Origin: Alphaproteobacteria bacterium
GTDB lineage: Bacteria > Pseudomonadota > Alphaproteobacteria > GCA-2746255
NCBI GenBank assembly: GCA_965249135.1
Contig: OZ252220.1
Span: 1,408,001 to 1,472,000, forward strand
DNA: 64,000 nucleotides
Reading direction: 5' to 3'
The first letter of the stretch is position 1. Each line of letters starts with the position of its first letter. Made by a program: the position numbers and the translations under genes. This document shows, one piece after another, positions 1-11,569 of the stretch. The notes below the pieces were generated by a model, which did no database searches, had not been told where the DNA came from, and worked only from the letters and a program-made list of their open reading frames with translations.

Positions 1-2139
1 GTAGAACTCGAAAGGTGGGACGTAATCCGCCTTTGCCAGATTCGCCGCAAGCATCGCATGGGCGACGGAAAAATCCTCGCGTTCCCCATGCCGAGCGGAC
101 AACGCGTCCCAAAGCGACCCTTCGCGTTCATGGGCGAGATCGAAAAGCGCCGTCTCGTCCAGACCGACGAGCGGGCTTTTTAAAACGCTCGCCAAGGTCA
201 AGTCGTCCTCCGGCAGAAGAACGAAACGGCCGAACGCGATCAGATCGCGCACGGCAAGGTAATTCGTCAGCACCAGGCGATCCGTGCCGGCCACCGGAAT
301 ATTCTGGGCTTTCAACTCGCGTACGAGTTCCTCAAAGAAACGCTCGCGCCTGCGCACCAAGACGAGCACGTCGCCGGGACGGATCGCACGGTTGCGGGAA
401 GGAAGCGTTTCCTTCGTATCCAGCCATTTGCGGATTTGGATCGCGATCTTTCTGGCAAGCCGTTTTTCCGGTGCGTTCGTGGGCTCTTGTTTGAGCGGCA
501 GCGTCCAGGGCGTGACGGTGGCCTTCTTGCCCTCGGCTTCCGTGGGCCAGATTTCGACTAGACCGGCCTGGCCCGTGCGTGCGGGGTCATGTTCGATTTT
601 TTCCCCTTCCAGGGAAACGCCATCGCGCGCCTCGCTTGTGCGAAAGATCGCATCGACCGCCTTCAGGATCACGGGCGCGGAACGAAAGGAAAGTTCGAGC
701 GGCACGTCCCGCCATCTTTCGGCCGCCGCCTGCACGCGGGCCGCAAAATGATCGCGCATCTCTCCGAAAGAGCGTGGATCGGCGCGCTGAAAACTGAAGA
801 TCGATTGCTTGACGTCGCCGACCGCAAAGACGGTGCGGTGCGCCTCTCTGGCGCCGGCGCCGGTGAAGAATTCCGACGCCAGGCTGGCAATCACCCGCCA
901 CTGGTCGGGATTCGTATCCTGCGCCTCGTCCACCAGGATGTGATCGATGCCGCCATCGAGCTTGAAAAGCACCCAGGGCGCAATTCCCTCGCGTTCCAAA
1001 AGGCGCCGCGCTTCTAAAATGAGGTCGTCGTAATCGAGAAGGGCGGCCTTCCGTTTCAAGGCGTCGTAAGCCTCGAGAAGGGCGCGGCCGAGATGCAGGA
1101 GGGCGGCGGTTGCCGCGACCAGGATCGTTGCGTTCCGTTTTTCTCGTACGATTTCGAGACGGTCGGCCTCTACCGCCAGGATGTCTGCCGCGCCCGGGCA
1201 GCGTTTCAACGTTTCGACGGTGACGAGCTTTTTGAACCGTTTCCCTGCGCCGCCTTCCGTAAAGAAGGCGCCGAGATAGGCATCGAAGGTCGCGACCCGT
1301 TTATCCGGCGTCGTGAGCCAGGCTTGGATCGTCTCGCCATGCGCACGATCGGTCTTGCCACCTTCGCACAAAGCCGCGGCGACGGCACGCAGCGCCTTGC
1401 CGTCGAAGGCCGTCTTCTTCGCGGCCTTTTCCAGAATCATCGCTTCGTCTTCGTCCGGCTTGAGGCCCAAACGCTCGCGCGCCGCCGCCGCCATGCCATC
1501 GGGCCCGCCATGGCGGAGTAGGCCGCGGCGAAGCTTTCCCTGCTCCTTGAGTAGCGCGTCCAGCACCTCTTTAAACGTCCTTTCGGCCACATTGGCGGTC
1601 ACGGTTTCAAGGGCACGGGTAAGTTCCGAATCCTTCCCTTCGCTCGCCTGCCAGAAAACGTCCTCACGCGCATCGCACAGCAATTCGGCGGCGGTGCGTT
1701 CGTCCATCACGGTAAAGTGCGGCACCACCCTTGCCTCCACCGGAAACCGCGCCAGGAGGGACTCGCAAAAGCTGTGGATCGTTTGAATCTTCAAGCCCCC
1801 CGGCACGTCGAGGGTCCTGGTAAAAAGCCGCCGCGCTTCGTCCAGGTCTTCCGCCGCCGCCGGCGTGCCGCGCAAGCGAAGCAACGTCTTGGCAAGCCGA
1901 CCATCCTCCATGCGCGCCCATTTCCCCAGTTCCTCGTAAAGGCGGGTCGCCATCTCGGCGGCGGCCGCCTTCGTGAAGGTGAGACAGAGAATGCGCGAAG
2001 GAGCGGTTCCGTCGAGGAGAAGGCGCAGCACGCGATCCGTCAACACGCGGGTCTTGCCGGTGCCGGCGTTCGCACGCACCCAGACGGAAATTTCCGGGTT
2101 TGCCGCCGTCAGCTGGTTCGTCGTTTTCGTTTCCGTCAC
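1..2139 (-). CDS. addA: Double-strand break repair helicase AddA (3' end runs off the window)
   Basis: Manual translation from GTG at 2139 (GTGA overlap with addB stop): MTETKTTNQLTAANPEISVWVRANAGTGKTRVLTDRVLRLLL...ILCLTFTKAAAAEM, UvrD-type motifs I/Ia. Not in ORF track because there is no stop in the window. Confidence 0.95.
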   Translation of the reverse strand, partial: MTETKTTNQLTAANPEISVWVRANAGTGKTRVLTDRVLRLLLDGTAPSRILCLTFTKAAAAEMATRLYEELGKWARMEDGRLAKTLLRLRGTPAAAEDLDEARRLFTRTLDVPGGLKIQTIHSFCESLLARFPVEARVVPHFTVMDERTAAELLCDAREDVFWQASEGKDSELTRALETVTANVAERTFKEVLDALLKEQGKLRRGLLRHGGPDGMAAAARERLGLKPDEDEAMILEKAAKKTAFDGKALRAVAAALCEGGKTDRAHGETIQAWLTTPDKRVATFDAYLGAFFTEGGAGKRFKKLVTVETLKRCPGAADILAVEADRLEIVREKRNATILVAATAALLHLGRALLEAYDALKRKAALLDYDDLILEARRLLEREGIAPWVLFKLDGGIDHILVDEAQDTNPDQWRVIASLASEFFTGAGAREAHRTVFAVGDVKQSIFSFQRADPRSFGEMRDHFAARVQAAAERWRDVPLELSFRSAPVILKAVDAIFRTSEARDGVSLEGEKIEHDPARTGQAGLVEIWPTEAEGKKATVTPWTLPLKQEPTNAPEKRLARKIAIQIRKWLDTKETLPSRNRAIRPGDVLVLVRRRERFFEELVRELKAQNIPVAGTDRLVLTNYLAVRDLIAFGRFVLLPEDDLTLASVLKSPLVGLDETALFDLAHEREGSLWDALSARHGEREDFSVAHAMLAANLAKADYVPPFEFY

Positions 2140-5096
2140 GAGGCGTCCTCCTCGCGCAAATCCGTCCATTCCTGCACCCGGGCCAGATGTTCGTAGGCGC
2201 TGTAGGCGGGTGCCGCGTCGGGCCGGGGTTCGGAAAGGTAGGGGACATCCGGATCCTCGAAGGCGTCGATTAGACGCCGCAGCCCCTCTCTGGCTTCGGC
2301 CACCAGCGCATCCGGGTCTTTCGACGCGCGAACCATGCCCGGTGGTGCGCCGCCGCTCAGTTGGAAATAAAGCAGCTTGCGGACCGTTTCCCCGGATACG
2401 CCCTTAAACCCGCCCGCCTCGGCGATCACGGCTTCCAGAGCAAGCTGCGGGGAAAGCCCCGCCTTCATGTCCTCAACTTTCGGCAACGCGCCGGTCTTGT
2501 AATCGATGATCGAAAGCCCGCCATCGACGATGCGATCGATCCGATCCGCCGCAGCACTCAAGGTAAAGTCGCCGCCGGGGCTTGCGAGGGTGAACACCCC
2601 GTTTGCTTCCGTTTCCGAACCAAGGATGCGTTCGCAGCGGTGGCGTTCCATGTCGACAAACCAATCGGCAATGCGCACGAAGCGCGGCCACCAGAAGGCG
2701 GCAACGCCCGGATAGGAAAGCGCAGCACCGAATTCCTTCCGCCCGATTTTCAAAAGTCTTTCGAGCGCATCCTTCGGCAGGCCGTCCGGATAGGCGCGCA
2801 CGAAACGGTCGAGGGCGGCATGGATGAACCGGCCGCGATCCGCAGCACCCGGGTCCGCGTCGATCGGATCGAGCGGCTTAAGCTTCAAGACGTGGCGGGC
2901 GTAGATCGCGTAAGGGTCCCGCATCCAGGTCTCAATGGCCGTCACGGACAATTGACGCGGCCGCGCAGTCAAGGAAGGTCTCGGTTCCGGTGGAGAGATA
3001 GGGTGAATCGCGGACGGTTGATGGAGAAATTCACGCCAACGCAACAGGTCCTTCGCCTCGACCGTATCGCCGGAACCGGCGATGCTTTCCATGCGAAGCA
3101 GCCAGCGCGACGGCACCGTCGGTGTGCCGTCGACGCGGCTTGCGCGCGTGAGTACGACGCGCGGGGCGGCTAAGCTTTGCGCAAAATCATGGGCGGAAAG
3201 GCCGATGCGGCGTTCCGGCAATGGCAGCCCGAACGCGGTGCGCATCGGACGGCTCATCCAGGGATCGGGTTGCGTCTCCGGCGGCCAGGTGCCTTCGTTG
3301 AGGCCGCCGAGGATCATGAGGTCCGCATGCTGCAGACGCGCCTCAAGGGGACCCAGGATGCTGATGCGCGGATGCTGGCCCAGATGGGGACGAACGACGT
3401 GGCCTGAGAGAAGGGATTCGAAAAGGGCGCCATAGGCGGCCGGGTGGACCTGCGGAAAGCCGCGCGCCGCCTGACGAAGATCGGCGATGAAGTCGGCCAG
3501 CGCCTCGCCGGCCTCGTCGGCCCAAAGGCGCCGGCCGGCCGTATCCTCGGGCGTCGCGGCGAGCGCTTCCGAAAAAGCGACATGGAGATCGAGAAGATCC
3601 GTGAGACGCGCGGAGCGCCGCGCCATCGCGCTCGCAAACGCCTTCGCCGCCGCCTCGGTTTCCAAGAGCCACGCCTCAAGCGCATCCGTTTCTTTTTGTT
3701 TGGCGCCTTTCAACGCCCGCTTCAGACCTTCAAAACCGGGCGCCGGGCGGGGTCCCCGGAGGATCGCGCGTTCGAGCCGGCGAGTTAATGTACAAAACCG
3801 GGCTGGGTTCAACCCGCCGGCCGCAAGCGGGTGTTTGAAACAAGCCAGCAGCGCCACCGGCGCCATCTTTTCCATCATCAGCCGCACGGTAAGGCGCAGG
3901 AAGGTGCCGGGCGGGGTGGCGTCAAGGGGTGTGCCGCCCGAATCGTCCACCTCGATCTCCCACCGGCGAAGTTCGGCGGCAACCCGGCGTGCAAGCTTGC
4001 GGTCCGGCGTCACGAGGGCGGCGCGGACGTCCGTCTCCTCAAGGGCGCGGCGAAGAAGAAGTGCGATGGCGCCTGCCTCTTCCGTCGGGTCCTGGCATTC
4101 GACACGCAGCACGTCTTTAAGCGCCGCGGTGAAATTGGATTTCAAGCGATGCCAGTGATGCGTCGTTTCGGCGGGCCGCATGAGTTCGGAGATGAGTTCG
4201 GCGCGCGCCGGAGGGCTTTCCGATGCGCCGTGGCCCGGCCAATCGCGAACGTGTTTGCGTGCGATGCCGAGCCCATCGAGCAACTGCTTCAGACCGAACT
4301 GGGGATGGGTGAAGTCCATCGCCTCCCAACTTTCCGCGTCCATGTGGCGATCGAGGCTGGGCAGGATCAGCCGGCCCCGCGGCAGGTTGGCGATGACTTT
4401 TAAAAGATCGGTCGTCGCCGGGATGCTGCCGGTCGAGCCGGCGGCGAGGATTGGCGTTTTCGGCGGGACGCGTTGCCAAGCCGCCGCCTGCGCCTCGAGC
4501 AGGCGGTTGCGGCGGGCAGCGGGATCGATGCAGCCTTCCTCGGCCAGGATCGCCGGCCAATGTTCGGTCAGGATCTGCAGGAAGGCGAGCGTCTCCTGCC
4601 AGTGGGCTGCGCAATCTTCCGGCACCAAGGCGGCTAGGCCTTCGAAGGAAAGGCGCTCGGTTTCGACCCGATCGAGAAAACGGGCAAGCTCCGCCGCCAG
4701 GTAGGCGGCCTGATCCGGACTGGGCGGGCTTGCGCCGGACCGCAGGTTTAAGCCCTTGTGAAGAATGAGCTCGCTCAAAAGCAGGCGGCGCCGGAGTTCC
4801 GGGATGGCCGGCGGAAGCTTCGCTTCACTTTCCGGGAAGATGCCCTCGTAAAACTGCAGCTCTTCTTCATCCACGTCGCCGATCGGCGTCATGATGGGAA
4901 GCAGCGTTGGTTTGCCTCCGTTCAAGCGAAGGAAGGCTTCGCGAAGCGAGCGCACGGCACGGCGTGTCGGCAACAGGATGCGGGCGTCGGAAAGGGCGAA
5001 GGGTTCATCGCCGACCTCGTCCAGAAGACCGGCGGCAAGCGCATCGACGAAAGCCGTGCCCGACGGGATCGTGAAGACGTGGGGCCGCTCGGTCAT
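2136..5096 (-). CDS. addB: Double-strand break repair protein AddB
   Basis: LLPTRRA, AGSTGSIPAT, LSVTAIETWMRDPY, DRID...IIDYKTG nuclease motifs; adjacent to addA. Confidence 0.95.
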   Translation of the reverse strand: MTERPHVFTIPSGTAFVDALAAGLLDEVGDEPFALSDARILLPTRRAVRSLREAFLRLNGGKPTLLPIMTPIGDVDEEELQFYEGIFPESEAKLPPAIPELRRRLLLSELILHKGLNLRSGASPPSPDQAAYLAAELARFLDRVETERLSFEGLAALVPEDCAAHWQETLAFLQILTEHWPAILAEEGCIDPAARRNRLLEAQAAAWQRVPPKTPILAAGSTGSIPATTDLLKVIANLPRGRLILPSLDRHMDAESWEAMDFTHPQFGLKQLLDGLGIARKHVRDWPGHGASESPPARAELISELMRPAETTHHWHRLKSNFTAALKDVLRVECQDPTEEAGAIALLLRRALEETDVRAALVTPDRKLARRVAAELRRWEIEVDDSGGTPLDATPPGTFLRLTVRLMMEKMAPVALLACFKHPLAAGGLNPARFCTLTRRLERAILRGPRPAPGFEGLKRALKGAKQKETDALEAWLLETEAAAKAFASAMARRSARLTDLLDLHVAFSEALAATPEDTAGRRLWADEAGEALADFIADLRQAARGFPQVHPAAYGALFESLLSGHVVRPHLGQHPRISILGPLEARLQHADLMILGGLNEGTWPPETQPDPWMSRPMRTAFGLPLPERRIGLSAHDFAQSLAAPRVVLTRASRVDGTPTVPSRWLLRMESIAGSGDTVEAKDLLRWREFLHQPSAIHPISPPEPRPSLTARPRQLSVTAIETWMRDPYAIYARHVLKLKPLDPIDADPGAADRGRFIHAALDRFVRAYPDGLPKDALERLLKIGRKEFGAALSYPGVAAFWWPRFVRIADWFVDMERHRCERILGSETEANGVFTLASPGGDFTLSAAADRIDRIVDGGLSIIDYKTGALPKVEDMKAGLSPQLALEAVIAEAGGFKGVSGETVRKLLYFQLSGGAPPGMVRASKDPDALVAEAREGLRRLIDAFEDPDVPYLSEPRPDAAPAYSAYEHLARVQEWTDLREEDAS

Positions 5097-5815
5097 GCGG
5101 GATTTTCCTGAAACCTCGCTTCGGCCAGCTCCAAACCCTCCATCGTGCCGATGTGATACCAGGCCCCTTCATGGGCGAGCCCGAAAAGGCGCCCCGTGGA
5201 AAGGGCCCGGTCATAGAGGAGGTTGAGGGAAAAGCGCCCCTTCGGGCTTGCCGCGAAGAGCCTTGGGTGGAGCAGTTGAATGCCGGTGAAAACGAAGGGC
5301 GCGGTGGCCGGGCGCTTGCGTTCGAGATGGCCGGTTTCATCCATTTCGAAATCGCCCTTGCCATCGTAGCCGGAGGCGCGTGCGAGGGGGTGAACGAGAA
5401 GCAGCCCATCCATCGTCGCATCGTCCCATGCCTGGGCGAGCCTTGAAAGGGCGGGGCGCCCTGCGTCCTGCCAAAGCACGTCGCCATTCACGACGAAGAA
5501 GGGTTCGTTTTCAAAATGCGAAAGCGCATTCAGAAGACCGCCGCCGGTTTCCAAAAGTTCCGCTTCCTCGGAATAGAGGATCCGAACGTCGTCACGTTCG
5601 TTTAAGTGTTCGTGGATCTTCTCACCCAGATAGTGCAGGTTCACGACGACGTCTTCGATACCGGCTTCCATCAAACGATCCAGCGTGCGATCGAGAAGCG
5701 TGCGTCCTGCAATCGCAAGAAGCGGCTTGGGCGAGGTATCGGAAAAGGGTTTCAGCCGCCGCCCCCTTCCTGCCGCCAGCACCATGGCGCGCCTTGGTTT
5801 CGCCGGTACCGTCAT
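5093..5815 (-). CDS. murU: Nucleotidyltransferase, MurNAc-alpha-1-P uridylyltransferase-like
   Basis: AMVLAAGRGRRL...PKPLL, LETGGG, VVNGD; ATG 5815 overlaps upstream stop; amgK-murU pairing. Confidence 0.8.
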   Translation of the reverse strand: MTVPAKPRRAMVLAAGRGRRLKPFSDTSPKPLLAIAGRTLLDRTLDRLMEAGIEDVVVNLHYLGEKIHEHLNERDDVRILYSEEAELLETGGGLLNALSHFENEPFFVVNGDVLWQDAGRPALSRLAQAWDDATMDGLLLVHPLARASGYDGKGDFEMDETGHLERKRPATAPFVFTGIQLLHPRLFAASPKGRFSLNLLYDRALSTGRLFGLAHEGAWYHIGTMEGLELAEARFQENPA

Positions 5816-6825
5816 GGGGCCAAGGCCTTCGGCGGTGCCTTGCGAAGCAAAGCCGGGACGTTCGCATCCAGCCACGCGGCCAGCGGCCCAAGTGCCGGTT
5901 CCATCACATTCGCTTCGAGAAGCCGCCACACGCGGGGGAGATGGGCAAGGTAGACCGGCTTTTCGTCCCGCCGGAAGAGACGCGTGAAGATGCCAATCAC
6001 CTTGCAATGCCGTTGCGCACCCAGGATGGCAATGGACCGGGCGAAGGCTTTCACGTCCAGATCGGGGAAGTGGGCGAGGTAACGCTGCTTCATGCGTTCG
6101 ACAAGATCGGGTGCAAGATCGCGCCGTGCGTCTTCGAGAAGCGAGACGACGTCGTAGGTGACCGGCCCGCGGACTGCGTCTTGGAAATCGAGTAGCCCGC
6201 AGGCACGTATACCTTCGCGTTCGGGCACCAGCAGAAGATTATCCACGTGGTAGTCGCGAAGGACGAGGGTTTCCGGAACCTCGCGCGCGCGTTCAAGCAG
6301 CGGCGGCCAAAGGGCGGCAAAAGTCTCGCGCACGGCATCCTTCGTCGCCTCGCCGGTCACCGTTGGCAGGAACCAATCCGTAAGCAGCAGGGCCTCGTCG
6401 AGAAAGCGCGCGTCCGTATAGGCCGGAAGATCCGAAGGTGCCGCCGTCTCAAGGGGGCGGGTATGCAGATCGACGAGAAGATCGATCGCCAATTCGTAAA
6501 GGGGCTCCTCCCTGTCACCTTGGCTAAGCACCTGAGTATAGGTCGCCTCGCCCAAGTCTTCGAGAAGAAGAAAACCGGCTTTCTCATCGGCGGCGAAAAT
6601 TTCCGGCGCGCTATAACCAAGCCCACGCAGATGGCGGGTCATCCGGAGGAACGGCTGAATGTCCTCGTGTTCCGGCGGCGCATCCATGAGCACGAAGTGC
6701 CTTTCCTTGTCCTTCACACGGGAATAGCGACGAAAGGAGGCGTCGCCTACAAGGGGCGTCACCATGGCCGCGCCCAATCCTTGCGCCTCAAGAAAGGCGT
6801 GCGTGCGTTCGGCCCGCTCAGGCAT
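5812..6825 (-). CDS. amgK: Aminoglycoside phosphotransferase family / anomeric MurNAc-GlcNAc kinase
   Basis: GDASFRRY, LMDAPP, LLEDLG, RDYHVDNL, LDFQDA. Confidence 0.85.
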   Translation of the reverse strand: MPERAERTHAFLEAQGLGAAMVTPLVGDASFRRYSRVKDKERHFVLMDAPPEHEDIQPFLRMTRHLRGLGYSAPEIFAADEKAGFLLLEDLGEATYTQVLSQGDREEPLYELAIDLLVDLHTRPLETAAPSDLPAYTDARFLDEALLLTDWFLPTVTGEATKDAVRETFAALWPPLLERAREVPETLVLRDYHVDNLLLVPEREGIRACGLLDFQDAVRGPVTYDVVSLLEDARRDLAPDLVERMKQRYLAHFPDLDVKAFARSIAILGAQRHCKVIGIFTRLFRRDEKPVYLAHLPRVWRLLEANVMEPALGPLAAWLDANVPALLRKAPPKALAP

Positions 6826-7327
6826 CGGCTTTGATGGAAGACCGAAGGGCTTCCATGCGTTCCGCCCAGCTTCCGTGGCCCATCAGGATGACATGGCGCG
6901 CATGCTCATTCGCGGCGCCTTGCGTCAACATGAGGTCGAGGCGGTCCTTGGGCAGCCAGCGCCCGAGGCGACCTGGCCATTCGATGAGGGAAACCCCTTC
7001 CGCGAAGGCGTCCTCGATGCCAAGCTCGAGCGCATCTTCGGGCTTGGCAAGCCGATAAAGATCGAAATGCCAAATGGGCAGGCCCGCCACGTCATAGACT
7101 TGCGCAAGGGTGAAGGTAGGTGACGGCACGTCTTCCGTCGCCTGGCCCTCGCGAGCATGAATGAAGGCGCGGGCAAAGGTCGTCTTGCCGGCGCCAAGCT
7201 CGCCGCCAAGCCCGATCACGTCGCCGCGTCGAACCAGGCCGGCGACGGTGCGGGCGAGCGCTTGGGTCGCCGCAAGGTCGGCGAGTTCCAGCTCCAGCAT
7301 TCGGCTTTGGGGACCCTTCTCGGCCAT
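6818..7327 (-). CDS. tsaE: tRNA threonylcarbamoyladenosine biosynthesis ATPase
   Basis: GELGAGKTTFAR, VPSPTFTL, HFDLYRL, LIEW; start approximate. Confidence 0.93.
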   Translation of the reverse strand: MAEKGPQSRMLELELADLAATQALARTVAGLVRRGDVIGLGGELGAGKTTFARAFIHAREGQATEDVPSPTFTLAQVYDVAGLPIWHFDLYRLAKPEDALELGIEDAFAEGVSLIEWPGRLGRWLPKDRLDLMLTQGAANEHARHVILMGHGSWAERMEALRSSIKADA

Positions 7328-7390
7328 TCGTCCGTTTGTAGCGGTGGTGCTCCCCGCCCGCAACCGGCGGCTGGCAAACGGCGGGAGACG

Positions 7391-9904
7391 TCAGGTGCCG
7401 GTCTTCATGGACGGGCCGCCGGGCAGGGCCTCCGCGGGCGAGGGCGGCGCTTCCTCGCCATCGCGGCTTAAGTCCGTCGCATGGTATGGCAGGCAGCAAC
7501 GAACGGTCGTCCCTTTGCCGGGTGCCGACGTAAGCTCGACCCTGCCGCCGTGCAATTCGACAAACTTCTTCACCAGCGGCAAGCCGAGGCCCGAGCCGCG
7601 CCCCTTGCTGGAACTGCCGCGTTCGAATCTTTCGAAGATCCGCTCCTGTTCTTCCAGCGGGATGCCGACGCCCGTATCCATCACTTCCAGAACGAGATCT
7701 TCGTTCTCCTTGCGGGCCGAAAGCGAGATGGTGCCGCCCGAGGTACTGAAATTGATCGCATTGTTCAGAAGCTTGAAGAGAACTTGCTTCAGACGTTGCT
7801 TGTCGGCACGAATCGCCGGCGGGTTGCCTTGAAAGTCCATCACGACGATTAGATTCTTTTCGTTCGCTTTTTCGCGAACAAGCCGAAGTACTTCTTCCAT
7901 CAACGTGCGAATGGGGACCTCTTCTTGTTGGATCGCCATCTGGCCGACCTCGATCACCGCCAAGTCGAGGATGTCGTTGATGAGCGACAGCAGCACCTGG
8001 GAAGAATCAAGGATGCCTTCCACGTAGCCCGCCTGTTGGGTGGTGAGACTGCCGAAATAGCCCTGCTCGAGTAGCTGGGAAAAACCGATAATCGTGTTAA
8101 GCGGCGTACGAAGTTCGTAGGAAACGTGGGCAACGAATTCGGACATCAGCTTATCCGCTGCCTCCAGCGCCTCGTTCCGCTCCCTGAGTGCGCGTTCGAC
8201 CCGGGTGCTGTCCGTCACGTCGACATAGCGCCATAAGACCCCGCCATCCGGAAGCGGCAGGCTTGCGTAATCCACCGTCGTACCATCCTGGCGGTCGAAG
8301 CGGCCATGTTTCGGGACCCGTTCGCAGGTGCCGGCGACAATTTTCGCCCGCAACGCCTGCCAATCCTTCGTGATGGCGAAACGCTCGGACGTTTCGACGA
8401 GTTCGGAGACGTGGGGCTCGCCTTCGAGTTCGATCGGAGAGAACCCCCAGATCCGCGCGTAGGCCGGGTTGCTGAGCTTCAGCCGCCCGTCGCTTCCGAA
8501 CACGGCGACCCCTTCATAGAGATTGTCGAGCGATTGCTGCTGGACCTTGATCAGCGTGTTGTACGAGCGCTCAAGCGCCAGCTTGTCCGTCACGTCCTCG
8601 TAGGTGCAGAGCAGCCCCCCGAAGGGATGGGGCGAGACGGTCGAGCGCAGCGTCGTGCCGTCCGGCAGGTGCAAAAGTTCCTCGACCGGATCGATGAGCG
8701 AGGTGAAGCGCGCAAGCTGCTCGCCCTTGTAAGCGGGGAAGTCGACGGTTTCCGGCAGACGCCTTCTGGAGCGAAGCGCTTCCAGCACTTCGCCCTGCAT
8801 CGGCTCCATCGCCAGCCAATCCTCACTCAACCGCCAGAGGCTGGCAAAGGCCTGGTTGAAGAATTTGAGCCGGGTGTCCGGTCCGTAGATCGCGATCGCG
8901 GTGGCTAGCCCTTCCAGCACCTTCGACTGGGCATCGATGTGACGGCTAAGTTCGTCCTGGACGCGCTCGACCTCCGTGAAGTCGAGCGAGTAACCGACCA
9001 TACCTTCCCCGTCGACAATCGGAATCTCGGTGACTTCGAGAAGACGCCGGAGGCCCTCGATAACGAAGTAATGGCTTTCCGATTGCGCGGAGCCGGCGCG
9101 CCAGGCGCGCTTTGCCACTGCCAACCCCTGATCGGCGATGACACCCTCGGCGAATTCCTGTTTCCGTTCGATCGCCTCCTCGGGACGCATGCCGACGACG
9201 GAAGCATAGGCCCAGTTGCAGAAGGTAAGGGCCAGGTCCTTGCTCCGTTGCCAAACCGGAAATGGAAGCTGATCGAGGAGAAACCGAAGCTGGTTCCGGT
9301 CTTCAAGAAGCTTCGCATTGCGCCCGACAACCTTCTTGGCGCGGGCTTCGGCTTCCGTGACGTCGTCGAAGCGGACCAGCGCGCCGAGCATCGTGCCATC
9401 CGCGTCCATAACCTCCCGGCCGCGCACCTTCAGCGCCCGGCCACCGACCGCCGTCACCTCGAAGGCGAAATCGCCGCCGGCATCGCGAAGGGTCGCAACC
9501 CCGGCGCGAAGCCGCTTCGCCGAGGCGGCGTCGAGCTCGGCGAGCGCGTCGGCGAAGCTGGGCGTGGCACCGGCCGACAGCGGCAGAAGGGAGGAAAAAT
9601 CCCCAAAGGCCGTTTCTTCTTCCGACTCATGCCGCCAGAAGAAGAGGGCGCCGGAGGTCGTGCTGAGAAGGTTACGCAGCTCTTCCGCCTCGGCTTCCGT
9701 CTCGTTTACGCGTGCCTCCAGGCGCTTAAGCTTTCGCCGGGCCGGGCGGGCGAAGAAGAGGAAGGCAAGCCCAAAGCCAAGACCGAGGATTGCAAGCGCC
9801 TGCAGCAATGGGTCGACAGGGGGAAATCCATCAAGAGAAAGTCGATCAAGCGGCAGCCGATCGAGGGAAAGCCACTCAGGAGGCAGCCGATCGAGGGAAG
9901 GCAT
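7391..9904 (-). CDS. divL: Multi-PAS sensor pseudo-histidine kinase, DivL-like
   Basis: N-terminal TM, PAS domains, H-box reads VSYELRTPL (Tyr for His), HATPase DTGVGI/GSGLGL; conserved position between ahcY and tsaE. Confidence 0.75.
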   Translation of the reverse strand: MPSLDRLPPEWLSLDRLPLDRLSLDGFPPVDPLLQALAILGLGFGLAFLFFARPARRKLKRLEARVNETEAEAEELRNLLSTTSGALFFWRHESEEETAFGDFSSLLPLSAGATPSFADALAELDAASAKRLRAGVATLRDAGGDFAFEVTAVGGRALKVRGREVMDADGTMLGALVRFDDVTEAEARAKKVVGRNAKLLEDRNQLRFLLDQLPFPVWQRSKDLALTFCNWAYASVVGMRPEEAIERKQEFAEGVIADQGLAVAKRAWRAGSAQSESHYFVIEGLRRLLEVTEIPIVDGEGMVGYSLDFTEVERVQDELSRHIDAQSKVLEGLATAIAIYGPDTRLKFFNQAFASLWRLSEDWLAMEPMQGEVLEALRSRRRLPETVDFPAYKGEQLARFTSLIDPVEELLHLPDGTTLRSTVSPHPFGGLLCTYEDVTDKLALERSYNTLIKVQQQSLDNLYEGVAVFGSDGRLKLSNPAYARIWGFSPIELEGEPHVSELVETSERFAITKDWQALRAKIVAGTCERVPKHGRFDRQDGTTVDYASLPLPDGGVLWRYVDVTDSTRVERALRERNEALEAADKLMSEFVAHVSYELRTPLNTIIGFSQLLEQGYFGSLTTQQAGYVEGILDSSQVLLSLINDILDLAVIEVGQMAIQQEEVPIRTLMEEVLRLVREKANEKNLIVVMDFQGNPPAIRADKQRLKQVLFKLLNNAINFSTSGGTISLSARKENEDLVLEVMDTGVGIPLEEQERIFERFERGSSSKGRGSGLGLPLVKKFVELHGGRVELTSAPGKGTTVRCCLPYHATDLSRDGEEAPPSPAEALPGGPSMKTGT

Positions 9905-10094
9905 ATCCAAGACGTCTTCAAGCCCCACCAACGGCACCGTCGCGAAGGCGGCGCCGGGCGACGTGCCGACGGAAGGCCGACGACTTATCCCCGTTTTCCA
10001 CGTTTTCCACACGGCCGGAAGTTTAGGCGCGAAACAAGACGTGAACAAGCCCGCGAAGGGCTTGGACGTGTCCGTTTCGGCCGGTTTCCATCCC

Positions 10095-11393
<1,299 letters not shown>

Positions 11394-11518
11394 TCCGATT
11401 AAGTTCAACCTATCCGATTGTTTCCAGGAACTCTCGGCCAAGCTTGGCCGCCTGTCCCGGAAAGGGGGTCTCGACTTAGCAGAATTTTCAAGCCCCAATC
11501 AAGGGGGTGAACACTTTT

Positions 11519-11560
11519 GTGTGTGTCCTGGTGTGTGTGTCCTGGTGTGTGTGTCCTGGT
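11519..11560. repeat. Perfect tandem repeat, 3 x 14 bp GTGTGTGTCCTGGT
   Basis: Read directly; intergenic between ptsH and ahcY. Confidence 0.95.
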
Positions 11561-11569
11561 ATACGCGTC

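Noticed and set aside
11394-11518. SAH riboswitch upstream of ahcY
   Set aside because: Only a short palindrome (CGGCCAAGCTTGGCCG) is present; I could not find the SAH riboswitch consensus. An Rfam scan would be decisive.
11519-11560. CRISPR array
   Set aside because: Units are 14 bp, directly adjacent without spacers, and no cas genes are present.
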